A stretch of 17,309 bases of DNA from an uncultured Verrucomicrobiae bacterium (GTDB lineage Bacteria; Verrucomicrobiota; Verrucomicrobiia; Limisphaerales; JAFGQR01). The number at the start of each line of letters is the position of its first letter. Position 1 is the stretch's first letter. Location: NCBI GenBank assembly GCA_963788655.1, contig CAWBHS010000031.1:1-17309 (forward strand), read 5' to 3'. This document shows, in pieces, positions 15,775 through 17,309 of this stretch. Under the pieces are notes generated by a model. The model ran no database searches, was not told the origin of the DNA, and was given only the letters and a program-made list of their open reading frames with translations. Made by a program: the position numbers and the translations under genes.

Positions 15775-17265
15775 CTAAGTTCCTGACTCCGGCTTCTGCC
15801 GGGAGGCCAGACCGGCGAGCAGTCGCAACCAGCGACTGAGCTGCGTGAAGATCAGGAACTCATTGCTCGCGCGTAATTGGGCATTACGAGCCCAGCGTTC
15901 CCGCGCCAGGTTGTTTTCCAGCATTTCGTCCAGTACGCGCGCAATTTCCACCGGATCCTCCGCATGGTTGACCAACCGGCCATCCACGCCGTCACGAATT
16001 TGCTGTCGCAATCCGCAGGCCTGGGTGCCCATCACCGGGATGGCCTTCCACAGCGCCTCCGTGGCGGTCAGTCCGAAACCTTCCCGCAGGGAATTTTGAG
16101 CCACGATCACGGAGGAATGCTGAAGCGCGTTCACCATCAGGGCGTTTTCCTTCCGGGAGTCCATGGGGAGGGTCAGGAGCACGATGTCCCGTTGAAACTC
16201 CGGCGCCAATTGACAATAGAACGTGCGCAGTTCCTCCATCACCTCGATGCCTTCCGGATCATCGGCCACGGACTCCGGATCCGGACCGGCCAGCACCAAC
16301 CGGGCGATTTCGAGCCGGCGACGATGCCGTTCGTGCATTCCGTTGCTCTTGCTGAACGCATTTTTCTTCAGAGCCACCCAACCTTCCATGAGCGGACGAA
16401 ATCCTTTCAACCGGTCCCAACGCGACACCTGGGTGACAATGGGCCGGTACATCAGTCCGATTTCGTCGGGCTGGTTCGCTGATCCGAAACTACCGTCCGG
16501 CTGCAAGCGCTGCGCCAGTTTGTGAAACGGGGCGGTCAAGACCGGCGATTGCGGTTGAGCCAAGCCGGCATTGCAAAGTATGCCCACCAGTTTGTGCGGG
16601 TTCAGCGTGCGGTTCTTGTGGCTGAGCGGGTCCAGCGCCGGATGGATGACGCAAGATCGACCGGTCAGGTAGTGGGGAATGTACTCGGGGGCGGAGAAGA
16701 CCGCCTGGTCATACGCTTCGGCATACGGTTTCAGGAAATCCCAGGCGGCATCCGTGGCGGGCGTGCGATTGTCGAGGCCGATGTGGCAGCGCCACACTGC
16801 CGGGAGGTCGAGCGACTTCTTGACCAAGGCACCGGTCCCCACCGGCTGGGGATCGTGAATGACCAGGAGGTCGTCGCGGCTCAATTCCGCGCGCAAGGCT
16901 TCCGCATTGCCCTGGCTGACGTCCTCATACAATTGGCGATCTGCTTGACCCAAGTCGGGATTGCCTTCGCCATGGATCAAGTTGTGCAACCGCTTGGTGA
17001 GTTTGAAAAAGGCAGGATCTTTCGAGCCGATGACCGCCCAATTGATCCGCACGCCCAATTCGCGGAGCAACAACACCTGCATGGGCAACATTTCGGCCAC
17101 GCCGCCGCCTTGAGCGGTGGAGTTGACCATGAGCACCGCGCGCCCTTTGAGCCGGGGCACCAGCATGGCGGCCTCGGTGCGCAGTTCCTGCACGGCCCGG
17201 TGCAAATGCGCAAAGGAGGCGTAGTCGTCGAGAGTGATGGTCTTCTTCAGTTTGATCAGTTCCAT
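15775..17265 (-). CDS. treT: GT4 glycosyltransferase, trehalose synthase TreT-like
   Basis: VNSTAQGGGVAEML, FFKLTKRLHNLIHG, IHDPQP, WRCHI, DPLSHKN, TQVSRWDRLKG, ADDPEG, VNALQ and QNSLREGFGLTATEALWK. Confidence 0.85.
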   Translation of the reverse strand: MELIKLKKTITLDDYASFAHLHRAVQELRTEAAMLVPRLKGRAVLMVNSTAQGGGVAEMLPMQVLLLRELGVRINWAVIGSKDPAFFKLTKRLHNLIHGEGNPDLGQADRQLYEDVSQGNAEALRAELSRDDLLVIHDPQPVGTGALVKKSLDLPAVWRCHIGLDNRTPATDAAWDFLKPYAEAYDQAVFSAPEYIPHYLTGRSCVIHPALDPLSHKNRTLNPHKLVGILCNAGLAQPQSPVLTAPFHKLAQRLQPDGSFGSANQPDEIGLMYRPIVTQVSRWDRLKGFRPLMEGWVALKKNAFSKSNGMHERHRRRLEIARLVLAGPDPESVADDPEGIEVMEELRTFYCQLAPEFQRDIVLLTLPMDSRKENALMVNALQHSSVIVAQNSLREGFGLTATEALWKAIPVMGTQACGLRQQIRDGVDGRLVNHAEDPVEIARVLDEMLENNLARERWARNAQLRASNEFLIFTQLSRWLRLLAGLASRQKPESGT

Positions 17266-17309
17266 GTTGCTTGTGCGTTAAATCGACCGAAGGTTGTCTG
17301 ATGTTATCT

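Noticed and set aside
15518..15778. 86-aa ORF between treZ and treT
   Set aside because: Made largely of REP arms, with a TTG start; a typical spurious REP-derived ORF.
1..17309. Defence system, prophage, integrase or transposase genes
   Set aside because: All long ORFs are accounted for by carbohydrate, peptidase or Hsp15 families, and no such motifs were seen.

Overview
GC-rich bacterial chromosomal window; gene style and intergenic repeats suggest Verrucomicrobiota (inference). Left to right: a 5'-truncated GT2 glycosyltransferase converging on a Wzx/MOP-type flippase across two inverted 7-nt tandem arrays; an M20 (ArgE/DapE-like) metallohydrolase; a secreted (alpha/alpha)6 glycoside hydrolase (GH63/MGH1-like, GH142-like) with a discoidin/CBM32-like domain inserted mid-barrel, apparently circularly permuted; hslR (Hsp15); then glgB, a DUF3536 GH57, treY and treZ (two +1 frameshifts), converging on a treT-like GT4. 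The gene content is mostly ordinary glycogen/trehalose metabolism. The unusual features are the permuted domain insertion and several unrelated families of small non-coding palindromic or tandem elements in the intergenic gaps. No rRNA, tRNA, CRISPR array or transposase was seen. Family assignments come from motif recognition, not database searches.
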